NCBI GenBank assembly: GCA_009602735.1
Contig: WELA01001462.1
Coordinates: 384,921 to 448,920 of the forward strand
Direction of reading: 5' to 3'
DNA from: Mesotaenium endlicherianum
Taxonomy: Eukaryota
Length of the DNA: 64,000 nt
The notes below the pieces were generated by a model. That model saw nothing but the letters and a program-made list of their open reading frames with translations, ran no database searches and was not told where the DNA came from. The position numbers and the translations under genes are program-made. Below, piece by piece: positions 1-11,534 of this stretch. Every line of letters begins with the position of its first letter. Position 1 is the stretch's first letter.

Positions 1-696
1 ACTTCAGGGAGGCAGCCTGCCACCATCGAGAAGCAACAGAAGACCCCTTGGAGGCAGCCTGCAAGAACCACAAAGAGGAAATAATGACATTAGACACTCT
101 TCTCTTCTTGCAGTTTCTGGACAGGATACTAAAACTGCTACTGGTCATAGGTCTCTGCATAATAAATTCTGAAAATTTACCTGGCTGTAGTCCATGAGTA
201 GCCGGTCATTTAGAGTCCAAGTTTGCTCAATTTGGAGCACTGGTGAGAGAGATATGATGCTCTAAGTAGAAGGGGGTCAGGCTGCTGGCATTGTTAGGGC
301 AGAATATGCCTTCTGACATTGTGCCTTCCCCTGAACTTGGAATGCTCTGAAACTCAAGACTCTGGTAGAACATCTTACAGCGCCCAGTTTGAGACTTAGT
401 TTGCAGAATTTGGAGAAGTATAGAAGGACTTATGATTTTCAGAAGTTTCTGCACAGATTTGGAGGAGTGCCTACTCTCTCAGCTCTCAACGACACTCCAG
501 AAATGAGAATGCTCTCAAATTTGGTGACCCGGTAGAGTTCTCCGACGCGGTCCGTCTGGCACTCGAATTTTCAGATTTGGAGCAGTTCTGTGGCCGCTAT
601 GAATTTTTGAATTCGTGGCAGATTCTGGGCCAACTTGTACAATTTTCTTTATCATTAAGGAGTAGGCTAGCCAATAAGGTCACACCACCTACGACC

Positions 697-819
697 TTGC
701 CTAGTCTACCTTACATGTGTAGCACCTGACTTGGCGCCTTTGACTAGTCCTCTTCACATGTGTGGCATCTGACTTGAAACTGTTGACTAGTTTGCTCCAC
801 ATGTGTAAGACCTGACTTG
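697..819. repeat. ~43-bp tandem repeat (about 3 copies) just upstream of a PPT
   Basis: Unit resembling ttgactagt..cacatgtgt..ca.ctgacttg recurs at about 697, 739 and 784. Confidence 0.75.
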
Positions 820-856
820 ACGCGCCGAGACGTCGCTTTTTCTATCGGGGGGGTGA

Positions 857-1355
857 TGTAGTGATTTGAGTTATTATATATTAGTTTGCATATATTTTAA
901 TGTTTTCAAATATATTTGGAGTAGTATTGTGTGGAGTCAAGTGTGAATAGGTACTCTAGTAACTTGGTTCATGTCCTTTGAACCTTCCAAGGCATTTTCG
1001 AAGTTAGAGGAAAGACCTAGAAGAACTCCATGTGGCAAAAGTCAAATGTGCCATTTTTAGGTCAAAAGGACATGTGTACATTATTCTAGAAAGAGGTGGC
1101 AAGTTTTGGGATGTGTTGGGTGCCAACACATCAACATACACCTTCCTAGAAATTACTTATGTAGCAAGTATATAAACAAGAGCTAGAACATAGAAAGACA
1201 TTGGAGAATCACTCTTGTACTTGCCAAAATCCAGAAATATATTAACTTTCAAGAAGCCATCTCTCTTTCAAGAAGCTACCACTTGTGTTCAAAGATCCTT
1301 GTCTTGAATAAAGTATTCTATTTTACTAAGTACTTTATCTATCTGTTTCACTACA
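857..1355 (+). mobile_element. 3' LTR of an LTR retrotransposon whose body lies left of the window
   Basis: PPT GGGGGGGTGA (847-856) is followed by TGTAGTGA...TCACTACA, a perfect 8-bp terminal inverted repeat. TATATAAA lies near 1169. The LTR abuts and truncates an integrase frame at 1356. Confidence 0.85.
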
Positions 1356-1701
1356 CAAATAGGCGTGCACTTGGTACTCTCATGGTCGACAGCCCCGCCT
1401 CAGCGTAAACGACGCGCGTGAGAGGAGTGTGCGGATGTCGCCCATAGTTAAGGAAAAATGGAGTTTCCTTAACACTTTCCTGATAAGCATTATTAACTGC
1501 GAACTCTGCGACTGAAAGGAGGGTATCCCAGTCGTCTTGGCGAGGATTCACATAATGCATAAGGAACTGTTGCAGAACGCGATTCATTCGTTCTGTCTGA
1601 CCATCGGTCTGAGGATGGAAGCTAGTTGACATCTTAAATTTCGTGTCAAAATGCGAACAAACTTCCTGCCAGAAGTGGCTCGTAAATCTACTGTCACGAT
1701 C
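1356..1701 (-). pseudogene. Ty3/Gypsy integrase core fragment (same family as the 8944-16415 element)
   Basis: DRDSRFTSHFW..STSFHPQTDGQTERMNR..WDTLLSVAEFAVNNAYQESVKETPFFLNYGRHPHTPL closely matches the integrase at 14330-14690. Confidence 0.9.
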
Positions 1702-2412
1702 CCACACCCCTCCCGTACTCTCCCTAATCTCTAGCAATCCCGTGGGCATACCCGGCGGGATTGCCTATAGTACGTGACGGCCCAGTCACCCATGCCTAGG
1801 GATCCTACTTGGTACCAGCGCTGACCCAACAAGCTGGCAAACTTATGGGTCAACCTTCACACGTGTGGGCGGCACACCACGCGTGATGGAAAAGGGAGTG
1901 CGCGGGATTTGGGCAGAGCCTCACAGCTGCTCAATAGCAGAACCTCGTGAGCGGATCAAAGGTCCAAGTATTCACCCTAGTCGTGAGTGGGCTAAGCCGT
2001 CCTCTCCTACCACCCTAACCCGACTAACCACTAGATCTTGCCATCACCCTCCACCCTCAGGTTCTATCCCTAGACCCCAGAAATATGCGACAGGCATGGG
2101 CATGACAGGATCCACGAAGATGAAGAACGGTTCCTACGATACCCGAACAAGAGGCGACTGCAATTTGACTCACAACAGGTGAAGCGCAGACTTCAGGAAA
2201 AGAGTAAGGGACCCAAAAGTAAGGCAACAAAGCCTAAGCTTTAGGAGGAACAGGCTGAGAAACCTGTTACTCCGCCACCTAGTAGTCAAGCTGAGAAGCC
2301 AGAGGGGAAGGAGGTGGGTGAGAAACCCCCACTTGGGCCTTAGGAATAGCAACTACTGGATGCCTTTGCTGGAGAGAAGCAGCCAATAACCAAGACGATT
2401 GCCATTGGAAAA

Positions 2413-5381
2413 ATGGTCTCCTCCGAGCAAAGAGCACAAGTAGAAAGGTTGCTAAAGAAGCAATTTAAGGTGTTTGCTTTCACTAATGAAAAGATCGGCA
2501 GAACCACTGCCAATGTGTGCAAAATCACACAGACTACTGACAAACCTGTTCGACTAGGGCCACATAACCTCAGTCAGACAGAACGGGACTTTATGGAGAA
2601 AACTTGCCAAGAGCTGCAAAAGCTTGGGATGATTGAAAAATCAACCTCAGTACATGGGGCTCCCACAGTAGTAGTTGCAAAGAAAGTTGAGGATGGCAAT
2701 TACACTGCTACTCGCATGTGTGGCGACTACAGGAGGTTGAACCTCTATACAGAGCCAAACAGCTATGTGATGCCTACGCCGGAGCGAATCTTCTCTATTG
2801 CTACCACTGGAAAGGTGTTCAGCATTATTGATCTGCGCCAAGGCTTCAACCAGACGCCTGTGAAAACGGAAGATCGAGGTAAGACGACTTTCTGGGCTCT
2901 GAGGGAATTATAGCAGTGGACAACATTGCCATTTGGGTTGAAAAATGCCCCCGCTATTTTCCAAAGAACTATGGACAAGGTGCTGGAGGGACTTTGCAAA
3001 ACCATACATAGATGATGTTGTGGTGTTTAGCGAGACGGTTGAGCAACACCTCGAGCACTTAGAAAAAGTGTTCCAGCGCCTGAAGAAATTCCAGATGACG
3101 CTGCATCCTGGAAAGTGCCTATTCTTTGAGGCACATGTGCCATCCTTAGGACACAAGATTGGAAACACTGCTATGTCCCCTCAAGCTATAAAGACTAAGG
3201 CTATTTACAGAATACCTGCACCTGCGAACGTAACCAAGCTAAAAGCCTTGTTAGGACTCAGGGGATGCTATCGCAAATTTGTGAAGGATTATAGCAAACT
3301 TGCTAAACCCTTGACAAAACTCCTGAAAAAGGATGTACTTTTTGTGTGGACGGAAGCCCAGGAGAAGGCCATGAACGAGCTAAAGGAAAGGCTGGTGACA
3401 GCCCCAGCCTTGCGCACGCCAGACTACACAAAGCCGTTCAACCTGCACACGAACTGGAGTTGTGTGGGGATTGGCGCAGTACTCACCCAAAAGCCCTAGA
3501 GAAGAGTACGTAATTGCCTACGTCTCACGCTCAATTAACGGAGCAGAGAGCAACTATTTATCCTACAAAGGAGAGTTGTTGGCAGTGGTTTGGGCTGTCG
3601 CACATTTCAGAGAGTATCTTTGAGGAAGACCTTTCACACTGATCACAGATCATTTGCCATTGATTTGGCTGATGAAAATGGAGACCTCACTGGTAAGTTA
3701 GCTCGCCGGGCCCGTAAGCTGCAGGAGTACCAGATGACGGTGGTGCACCGAGCAGGTGTGCTGAACATTGACGCCAACGGACTCAGCAGGATCTTGATCC
3801 ATCTTTCGACGACAGGATTGGGGCACGGGAGGACGAAGACATGAGTAGCCCAGCAGAGTTGGCAGCCAGTCTGGCCAAAATGGCTGGTATGGCAGAGCCA
3901 GGTGAAGCTGAGCTTCGACCCTTGTTCAACCCAAAGATCTAGAAGGATCAAGCTACTATGCATTGGCTGAGGACGGGAGTCAACCTAGAGGGTTTTCCTC
4001 CAAAAGAGAAAGACCAGGTGAACCATCGAGCCAAGAGGTTTTGCTGGAAACGCAACAACCGTCTCAAGATTGAAGAGAATGGTGAAGAAAAGTTGGTGCC
4101 AGACTCTGCCAAAAGGCGATCTCTCGTGCAAGATATGCATGAAAACACAGGCCACTATGGGGTCAAAAGACACACAGTCTTTTGGAGTTGTTTTTCTTGG
4201 GGAGGGGCATGAAGCAGCAGTGTAAGGACTGGTCAAAGCCTGTAAAAGTTGCGATCGCGTTAAGGCTGGATTTACTCAGCAACATCCACACCTGCGACCG
4301 CCGCCGATCAAGAGCCTAGGTTACCGCCGTAGCTGCGACCTCGCAGGTGAGCTACCGCTGTCAAAGCAAGGTAACAAGTATGTCATGGTCATGATTTAGC
4401 ACATTTCTAAGTGGGTAGAGATTGTTCCTCTGACTGTGAAGGAGAGTTTAGGGACCGCGGAAGTGCTCCTCAACAATGTCATTGTGCGTCATGGAGCTCT
4501 AGCAAAAGTGCTTATAGACCAAGGGTCTGAGTTCCAAGGGTCATTTCAGAAACTCTTGGACAAATGCTTCAGTGATCATCGCACTACGTCTAGAGATCAT
4601 CCACAAGCTGATGGTCTAGCCAAACGAATGGTGCAAAATATCAAGTCTGCCTTGCGCAAATACTGTCTGAAACATGACAAGCGCAATTGGGATCTGGCCC
4701 TGCTATGGGTGGTAATGGGGTACAGATTTAGCAAGCAGGCTGCGCTGGCAAACTATTCGCCATATCAGATTTTATTTGGCAAATTCCAGTAGTGCCCAGC
4801 AGCATCAAACAAGAAATTGACCAAGTGAAAAACTTGGATAGTCTGGATGAGTTGTTAGAGGTCATGGTGTGACGCAAGGCGCTAATTGAACGCATGATGC
4901 CTGCTGCGGAGGACAATTTGAAAATTGCGCAGAAAAGAGATATGCAGCGTTACGCGAAGACACAAGATAGAAGCTACTGCCTGCAGATAACGCAGACTTT
5001 GTCTACAAGAAGCGACAAACCAAGACCACCATCGACACCAGCTCAGGTGCAGTAATTTTGCGTGTGAATCATGCATTTGATAATGGTGTGTTAGAGCTGG
5101 AAGGCTCTGACGGTAAAACCATAAGTGATCATGTGCAAAATTGCTCCCGGTGCCATATGGCAAATATTGATTCCACGGTCAAGTTTGTACCTGATGAATT
5201 AGTGCCAGCCACTCCGTGTGCCAGTTGCAAAGTATTGGATGATCAAGAAGCAATGGTAACTTGCGATAAGTGTGGAGCTCGATGGCACACTTTCTGCATT
5301 GGTGATGAAGAAATTACGGCAGGACGTTGGGAATGCCCAGATTGCCATCCTGAACCCCCTAGCCGCAAAGTTGGAAAATAG
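2413..5381 (+). pseudogene. Degraded Ty3/Gypsy pol: RT, RNase H, integrase and C-terminal PHD finger
   Basis: RT motifs RMCGDYRRLN, IDLRQGFNQ and YIDD (3005). RNase H LHTNWS..GIGAVL. Integrase H..GHYG..CKSC, DQGSEF and HPQADG. PHD at 5217-5345. Several stops and frameshifts. Confidence 0.92.
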
Positions 5382-5429
5382 ACAACTTTTAGCAGAAAAG
5401 GCAAGGACGCCTCAGCTGAGAGGGAGGGA

Positions 5430-6432
5430 TGTAAGGGAAATGGAAAGATAGGAAACTTTTTGCAAACTTGCTATGTCCTGAAAAGGAGTGAGAATTTTGA
5501 GTGCAAAGGGAAAAACACCTTGTGACAATCCCTCCCTGCATATGCTCAAGTGCAGGAAGATCCTAAATGGGTCAACCATGGGCAAGTCCACACCAAAACA
5601 CGTGCCAGGCGAATTTTCCACGTGCGGAGACGCACCAACCGTTTGACCAAGGAAAGTCCACACGTGAGGAGGACCACCGACACATCAACCAAGTCGACAG
5701 CAAACATGCTGGAAAGCCACACACGTGCCAAGGGTTTGACGTTGTTAGGCACAACAGCTGTCGCGACTGCTATCCGTTTGACGGTGTCGCACGCGCAGCA
5801 CAAGTTACAGAAGGAGCAAGAAAGAGATGAGAAGGGCGCGAAGGAGAAAGAAGTTCCCGAGCCCACAGGAGAGCCAAGAAGACACGCTCCAGCCGACGCA
5901 CAAAGATTCTTTCTCTCAGTATATCATAGATAGGTTAAACTTATGGGGTTCCCAAAGAGGGATCTTGCTGGTCAAAAGTAGAGAACTTGCAAACTAGAAT
6001 CTGCTAGGATTTCTAGCGCAAAATTGAATCAAACACCACAAGCGTGCGAAAGCACATAAAATGGTGAGTGCTGTGTTGGTTTCTAAGTTCTCGGAAGTCT
6101 CTATTGTCAAATTGCTGATAGTACGAGCAGAGTTTAGTAGTGAAGCTCTCAGCGAAGAACTGAGTGAGCCTAGCCGGCAGTGTGAATTGCTAAGGCGCGG
6201 TGTCCGGCGAAGAGCTTTAAGCAGGCCAGCATAGATGCTATAGTTTCAAAGTTTTGTAAGCTGTGACTTTGTGAAAGTTAAGCGAAAGCCCTGGAGGGCG
6301 ATTTTCTGTGAAGTTGGTATTGTGTGTGTTAATCTGCTTAAACTTGATTTTTGCAAACTACAAATTTGTTCACCTGGTTAAACCTCTAACTTGGGCGAAA
6401 ACATATTTGGAAGGAAGGCACTTCTGTTCTAG
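5430..6432 (+). mobile_element. 3' LTR of the PHD-Gypsy element (right end not resolved)
   Basis: PPT GAGAGGGAGGGA (5418-5429) is immediately followed by TGTAAGGG. No clear CTTACA end was found before 6433. Confidence 0.65.
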
Positions 6433-6777
6433 TGTAAGGGAAAAGGAAATATAGAAAACTTTTTGCAAAGTTGCTAAGTCCTGAAAAGGAGTGAGAAGAG
6501 ATTTTGAGTGCAAAGGGAGAAGCACCTTGTGACAATCCCTCCATGCATATGCTCAAGTGCAGGAAGACTAGAAATGGGTCAATCATAGGCAGGTCCACAC
6601 CAACACACGTGCCAAAGGCGACCGACCAGGGAAATTTCCCACGTGCGGAGACGCACCGACCGGTTGACCAAGGAAAGCCCACACGTGAGGAGGACCACCG
6701 ACACATCAACCATGTCGACAGTACACGTGCTAGAAAGCCACACACGTGCCAAGGGTTTGACGCTATTAGGCACAACA
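6433..6777 (+). repeat. Partial second copy of the same LTR (matches 5430-5756)
   Basis: Starts TGTAAGGGAAA and aligns colinearly with 5430-5756, ending at ggcacaaca. Confidence 0.85.
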
Positions 6778-6882
6778 ACCCTAAAATAATAGGCGTTACT
6801 TCGTTAAGAATTGTACGTACGGCACATGTACCTCTAGTCACAACAGCAATGAGTTTTCAGATGTGGATTGCCAATAATCTTG

Positions 6883-7576
6883 GTCAAGGATAACTTGTCA
6901 AAATAATCCTCATCTCATAAGTGAAGAAGCTTAGTAAAAACAACGCGAAAGTGGGACTTGCACACGCCATCCTATGTCAGGTCTCCAAAAATGGCGTGAA
7001 ACGTTCTTTATACAAGATCTGAGCTGACAAGTCATTTTCTAGTTTTGCTTAAATTTCCACAACAATCAACTAGGTGTAGAAATCAACAACAAATGCACAA
7101 AATATTTTCTCGGCTTTGCCTCTTTACCGCTTTCCTTCATTTTTTTAAAAGCTAGTTGACGATAATTTGATTCTTTGCCTTGCCATCTTAGTTGTCAAAA
7201 TTGTAGACGTAGAGACAAGTTGAATTGTGGCTGAAATATAGGGACCAATATGACCTTGTGATTTAAAGTTGTTTGAATTCTTGATTGCATTTGTGAGCAA
7301 AAAACGTACAATGTGTTCAAAATTCAATAACATAGATAACTAACATGTACATTGTTAGAAGCATAGAAAAAGCGATCCTTTGTAAAATATATGCATTGGT
7401 TAGAAAAGGTGATATGTTGGATGAGTGTCGCTTTGAGATATGTTTTCACGCCATACTTGCCACATAATAATAATGATGAGTAGGATGGCATGTACAAGTG
7501 TTACTTTTAATTTATTTGATAGGTACTAGCTTTCTTTTTGAAACGTTCAAGTCCATTTTGACTATTTACCCTTTAC
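6883..7576. mobile_element. AT-rich non-autonomous element with long imperfect inverted repeats (MULE/foldback-like)
   Basis: Left arm gtcaaaat..aagcttagta..acttgcacacgccatccta..atggcgtgaaac (about 6897-7002) mirrors the reverse complement of about 7441-7563. No TSD was recovered. Confidence 0.5.
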
Positions 7577-7589
7577 TTTACATTAAGGT

Positions 7590-8943
7590 TGACGTGACAG
7601 TGTATGACACGCTCTTTCTTGCGTATTTTTTAAGACAGTCCACGACCACCACGTGCACGATGTGAAGTACCAATCAGGCACAGGCCCGGACCAGGTTGGG
7701 CGCACGTTCAGCCGGGACCTGTTTTGCACCTCTGCGACGACAGCCCCGCCACGCTCGTTGCACAAGCCACAGCCCGCAACTAATCTCGCCTGCTACGCCC
7801 ACACACTGCCACTTGGCATTTCAACAGCTGCCAGCGCATCCCGCGAGCGCACGCTCGTGGCAGTGGAGGGTTGGCCAGTGATTGAGCACAACCGCGACGG
7901 GCCAAACCAAGGTCGCCGCACCGAGAAGGCACTGAGGCTGTCTCGCTCCTTCCGCGTGCTGGAGACGCCAACGGCGCCAGTCGCCTTTGTCTCGCACGCG
8001 CTTGTCTTGCCGATGAAGTCGGTGTAGCTCAGCGCCGAGGTCATCTCGCTGGCACTGCACCGCATGCCGACAGTTTCCTTTGCCAACCTAGGTGTCACAC
8101 TAGAGACGATAAGGCAGGGCGTCCAGCTGCTGCTTGTGCCTTGCGATGCTAGTCTGCGCAACGCCTCCGGCAAGCCAACGTCCAATGCCGCCACCATAGT
8201 GCTCTCTGCACCTGCGCGGCCTGCGCATAAGTGCAGGTTGATCTCCAGTCCCAACGTTGCTTTTCTAGATAATGCGCAGGGCGTCGTCCTTGTCAACACG
8301 CAACCTTTGCAGCGCATCATGTTAAACACTGGCGCGCAGCCACTCCTCGTCAACCTCCCCTACTTTCGTCAGCTGGGTCTCTCTTTGGCCGACCTGGAGG
8401 ATGCGCCCACGCGGATCAACACCGCAGCTGGCGCCTCTGAGTGCTTGAATGGGTGCACGCGACTGGCGCTCCGCATCACCTTCCGACCACGAACAGCAAA
8501 CGAGACAACCTTTCATTGGCACGCTCACGCTGGACGGAGCGTGTTCACTATCGGTTAAAGTGGCGCACGGGGGGCGGTCGCATTACCTCTTTGCTGCTCA
8601 ATATCGTGGACCGGCGCCCACCAGCGGCCGCCCTCTATGGCTTCATTGCGATGGGCGACAATCCTAGGGTGGTGAAGAGCACCAAGGGCGTGTCAGAGGA
8701 TGACAATGTCTCCATTGGTGCCGGCCTACTCAAGCACCAGGACGAAGAGCCACGGCTGTCCAGTGCAGAGTTCCATCTCACGCCAGCTGAGCACGCTGCC
8801 ATCATACACAAGCAGCATGTAGAGTCCGTACGCCTTCGCGCAGCCAACGCAGCCATGGCACACAGCTTGCTGTAGCCACACATGCCACTTCTGCCACAGC
8901 CACTGCCGCTGCCACTATCACAGACGTAGCCCGCACACCCGCA
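7590..8943 (+). pseudogene. DNMT-Gypsy segment A: gag C-terminal region and retropepsin-like protease (left boundary approximate)
   Basis: RIMLNTGAQPLLV (degenerate DTG) ..LGL..INTAAG. GC-rich sequence resumes at 16421 after the nested element. Confidence 0.65.
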
Positions 8944-9919
8944 TGTAACGATTCGAGCTTTTTAGGCATGTTTAGGATATTTCCCTAATTTCCTAAAATA
9001 CGTTATATTTTTGAATCGATGAAAGGTTGCATTTTGACAAATTTCTCGCCACACACGTGTGCCGACTAATTTCGATCGATTGGCAAAACGACCTGCAAAT
9101 TTATTGATAACATATCTTTGATACTTTGCAAAAGAAAAGTGTAAATAGTCATAAAGTTACTTTGATTGATTACAAACGATTAATTTAATCAATTAAGCAA
9201 TTAATTAACTTATTATGACTTTCATTATTTTGGATAATGACTGTCACAATGACTTAACGACGATCGTTAAATCGAAAGAAACCCGAACCGGTGACCCAAG
9301 GGAGTTACCGGCCGGCATCAAACCTGCGGCCTCCCGATCGCGTCAGCGCGATTCCACGACTGTCATAATTCAAACGAAAACAAATTTACAAAGTTACTTT
9401 GTACCCGGAGGGATTCAAACGCTCGTCTCTCGTTTGAAACGTTCACACTTGACCAATAGGACAAAGAGTTTTCTTAAACTCTCGGTTCATGTCACACGTA
9501 CGCGTACGCGACCAAAACCGAAAAGTCGCAACTTTTTCGGAAAGTTGCGTGAACACGATAACGCCCTTTTGGTGCAAAACGGTTTTTCAGAAACCGTCGA
9601 AAAGTCTCCAAACGGCCAAACGGCGCGTTACAATCATTCAGCCGAACGGGTTATACCCCTTTGCTTGTTTTCGTTGAACATGAACCAGTGCCCTAGCAGG
9701 TGACTCGAAGCACTCCAGTGCCTCATGTTGTGCAAGTACATATACTTGCAAGAGTCATTGTGAGTGCAATTCTCACACCATGCATTCTACGACTTTACGT
9801 TCTTTTTCTCATAGTCTGAAGTATTAGTAATACGCGAAGTTATCGTTGATTCTTCCAGTAAGTAATTTATTTTTCTTGAATACCGAGCAAAGATCCTTGA
9901 GAAAAGCAAAAACGTTACA
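8944..9919 (+). repeat. 5' LTR
   Basis: TGTAACG...CGTTACA, colinear with 15433-16415 (the duplicated ORFs 9215-9703 and 15990-16202 reflect this). Confidence 0.95.
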
Positions 9920-9920
9920 T

Positions 9921-9932
9921 TGGTATCGGAGC
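9921..9932 (+). promoter_or_regulatory. Primer-binding site (initiator tRNA-Met type)
   Basis: TGGTATCGGAGC, one base after the LTR end. Confidence 0.9.
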
Positions 9933-10500
9933 CAATCTCGGTTTCTCCAAGTTTTGTTTTTTAGTGGTTGGATAATATATTTTAGGGGCAATCCATCCCA
10001 GCATTGCCCTGCGCTACGGCCGCTTATCATAGTTCTGGGACAAATTGCCGACCAATCACCCATCCCAATTTTTCCCAACGACCCGGCCGCTTAATCATTG
10101 CTTTCGGGAGATAGATTCTTCTTTTGATCTCGGCCGTATCTAACAATTTTTCAAGTTCCCTACAGATTCTCGTTGATCTGGCCCAATGGCGCGCGGCCGA
10201 CGGATCAAGATCATTGTCTTGGACAACGATTCACCTTGCCCCCTCCGCTCATCGCCACGTGTCAATCCTGCGCCGCGTCACTCGCCTCTTACTCCTCGCG
10301 GCCCGCGTCACGTGCCGAAAGTCGATTTACACTCATATGAGGTTTTATCGCCGGAACTACCTCCGTCAACCACACCCGATCCGCCTCGTCGCGCCGCCCC
10401 ACCTCGGCCTCGAACACCCACTCCACCACCTCGCGAGCCCTCTCCTTCGCCCCTCCTCTCACGTGTGCGGCCAGAGTTGATTGATTCATTGCCTTTGATC

Positions 10501-10739
10501 CATGGGGTGGAAACTGGCGCTAATTTTTCAGATTTTTGAAATCAGGCCCCTAAAATTTTGAATCTTGTCACTGATTTTCCCAGGTTTGATTTCAGGTCGC
10601 TAATAAGACATATTTATTTGATTAAAGGGCGCTAAATCACTGTTGAAATTTTGAGATTTTGATTTCAGGGCGCTATTTATATCTTTGAATTCTGGGCGCT
10701 ATTTCACCCAGATTTTCGAGGGGAGTTCCCACCCCCATG
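10501..10739. mobile_element. hAT-type MITE (239 bp) inserted in the gag region
   Basis: TIR CATGGGGTGGAAACT / AGTTCCCACCCCCATG. Perfect 8-bp TSD CTTTGATC at 10493-10500 and 10740-10747. Internal GGCGCTA motif repeated. Confidence 0.9.
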
Positions 10740-11534
10740 CTTTGATCCTAACGGTCGTTATTATGTTTGTGGAATGATGAGGGCCATTGGTTGGAGTTGA
10801 TCTTTCAACCCACTCTTGCCGACAACCAACGGGTCTATAGCCCGCAATTTCGTAGTTGCTCGGGCTTTGTTTGCCCGCCCGCGCCTGAGTGCCGTAATAG
10901 TATCTTTCGCCGTGGTTACGTTGATCACCTGTTTGCCGAGCAGCGTATCACAATCGGTGAGGATTTGTACGATATGGATTTAACTCGTGATCGATCTACC
11001 GATGTGTATTGCAGTCATTGCGTTGATGGGCTTCGCGACTATCGTCGCTGCCCTTACTTACATACTTAGTTTAACACGCTCCTTAGCGAGCAAGAAATTT
11101 AGGTGCTAGTGCACATGCACCACATAAAAAAAATTTATTTTTCCCTAAGACATACCTTCTCATACATCAATTCAGCATATATTGATATGCAAGTGTTGAG
11201 ATTTGTCGAGTTTGCGAAACTCGAGTGCATACATGCTGGCGTGTTTCTGCACTTTCATTTGAATGACCCTAATCTTGCACAGTATTACAAACACTCGTCA
11301 TTTTTAGGTCGAACAAACAAGTGTCTTGCTCCAATTTACATTGCTGCATTCACTAAGGGACCCCCTGGCCTTGAGCGTATCACTCAATTTTCCAAGGGTT
11401 TAACGATGCAAAATGGACGTTTGCCTACGAGGCTTTACGTTTCAGTCATTCCTCTCAAGGCGAGGACTTTGCTCGTTTTGCACAACGACACTTTGTTTTG
11501 AGCTTGACATTTGAGAGTCACATCTCCGGACGTT

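Noticed and set aside
1702..2412. Possible DNMT remnant upstream of the first RT
   Set aside because: No C5-MTase motif was found in the plus-strand frames read. It looks like a low-complexity linker and the element is truncated on the left.
6778..6787. ACCCTAAA telomere-like unit at a truncation junction
   Set aside because: A single unit is expected by chance.
9215..9703. ORF duplicated at 15990-16202
   Set aside because: It lies within the paired LTRs and has no protein signature.
10515..10705. Repeated GGCGCTA motifs as a CRISPR-like array
   Set aside because: The motifs are short, irregularly spaced and lie inside a TIR/TSD-bounded MITE in eukaryotic DNA.
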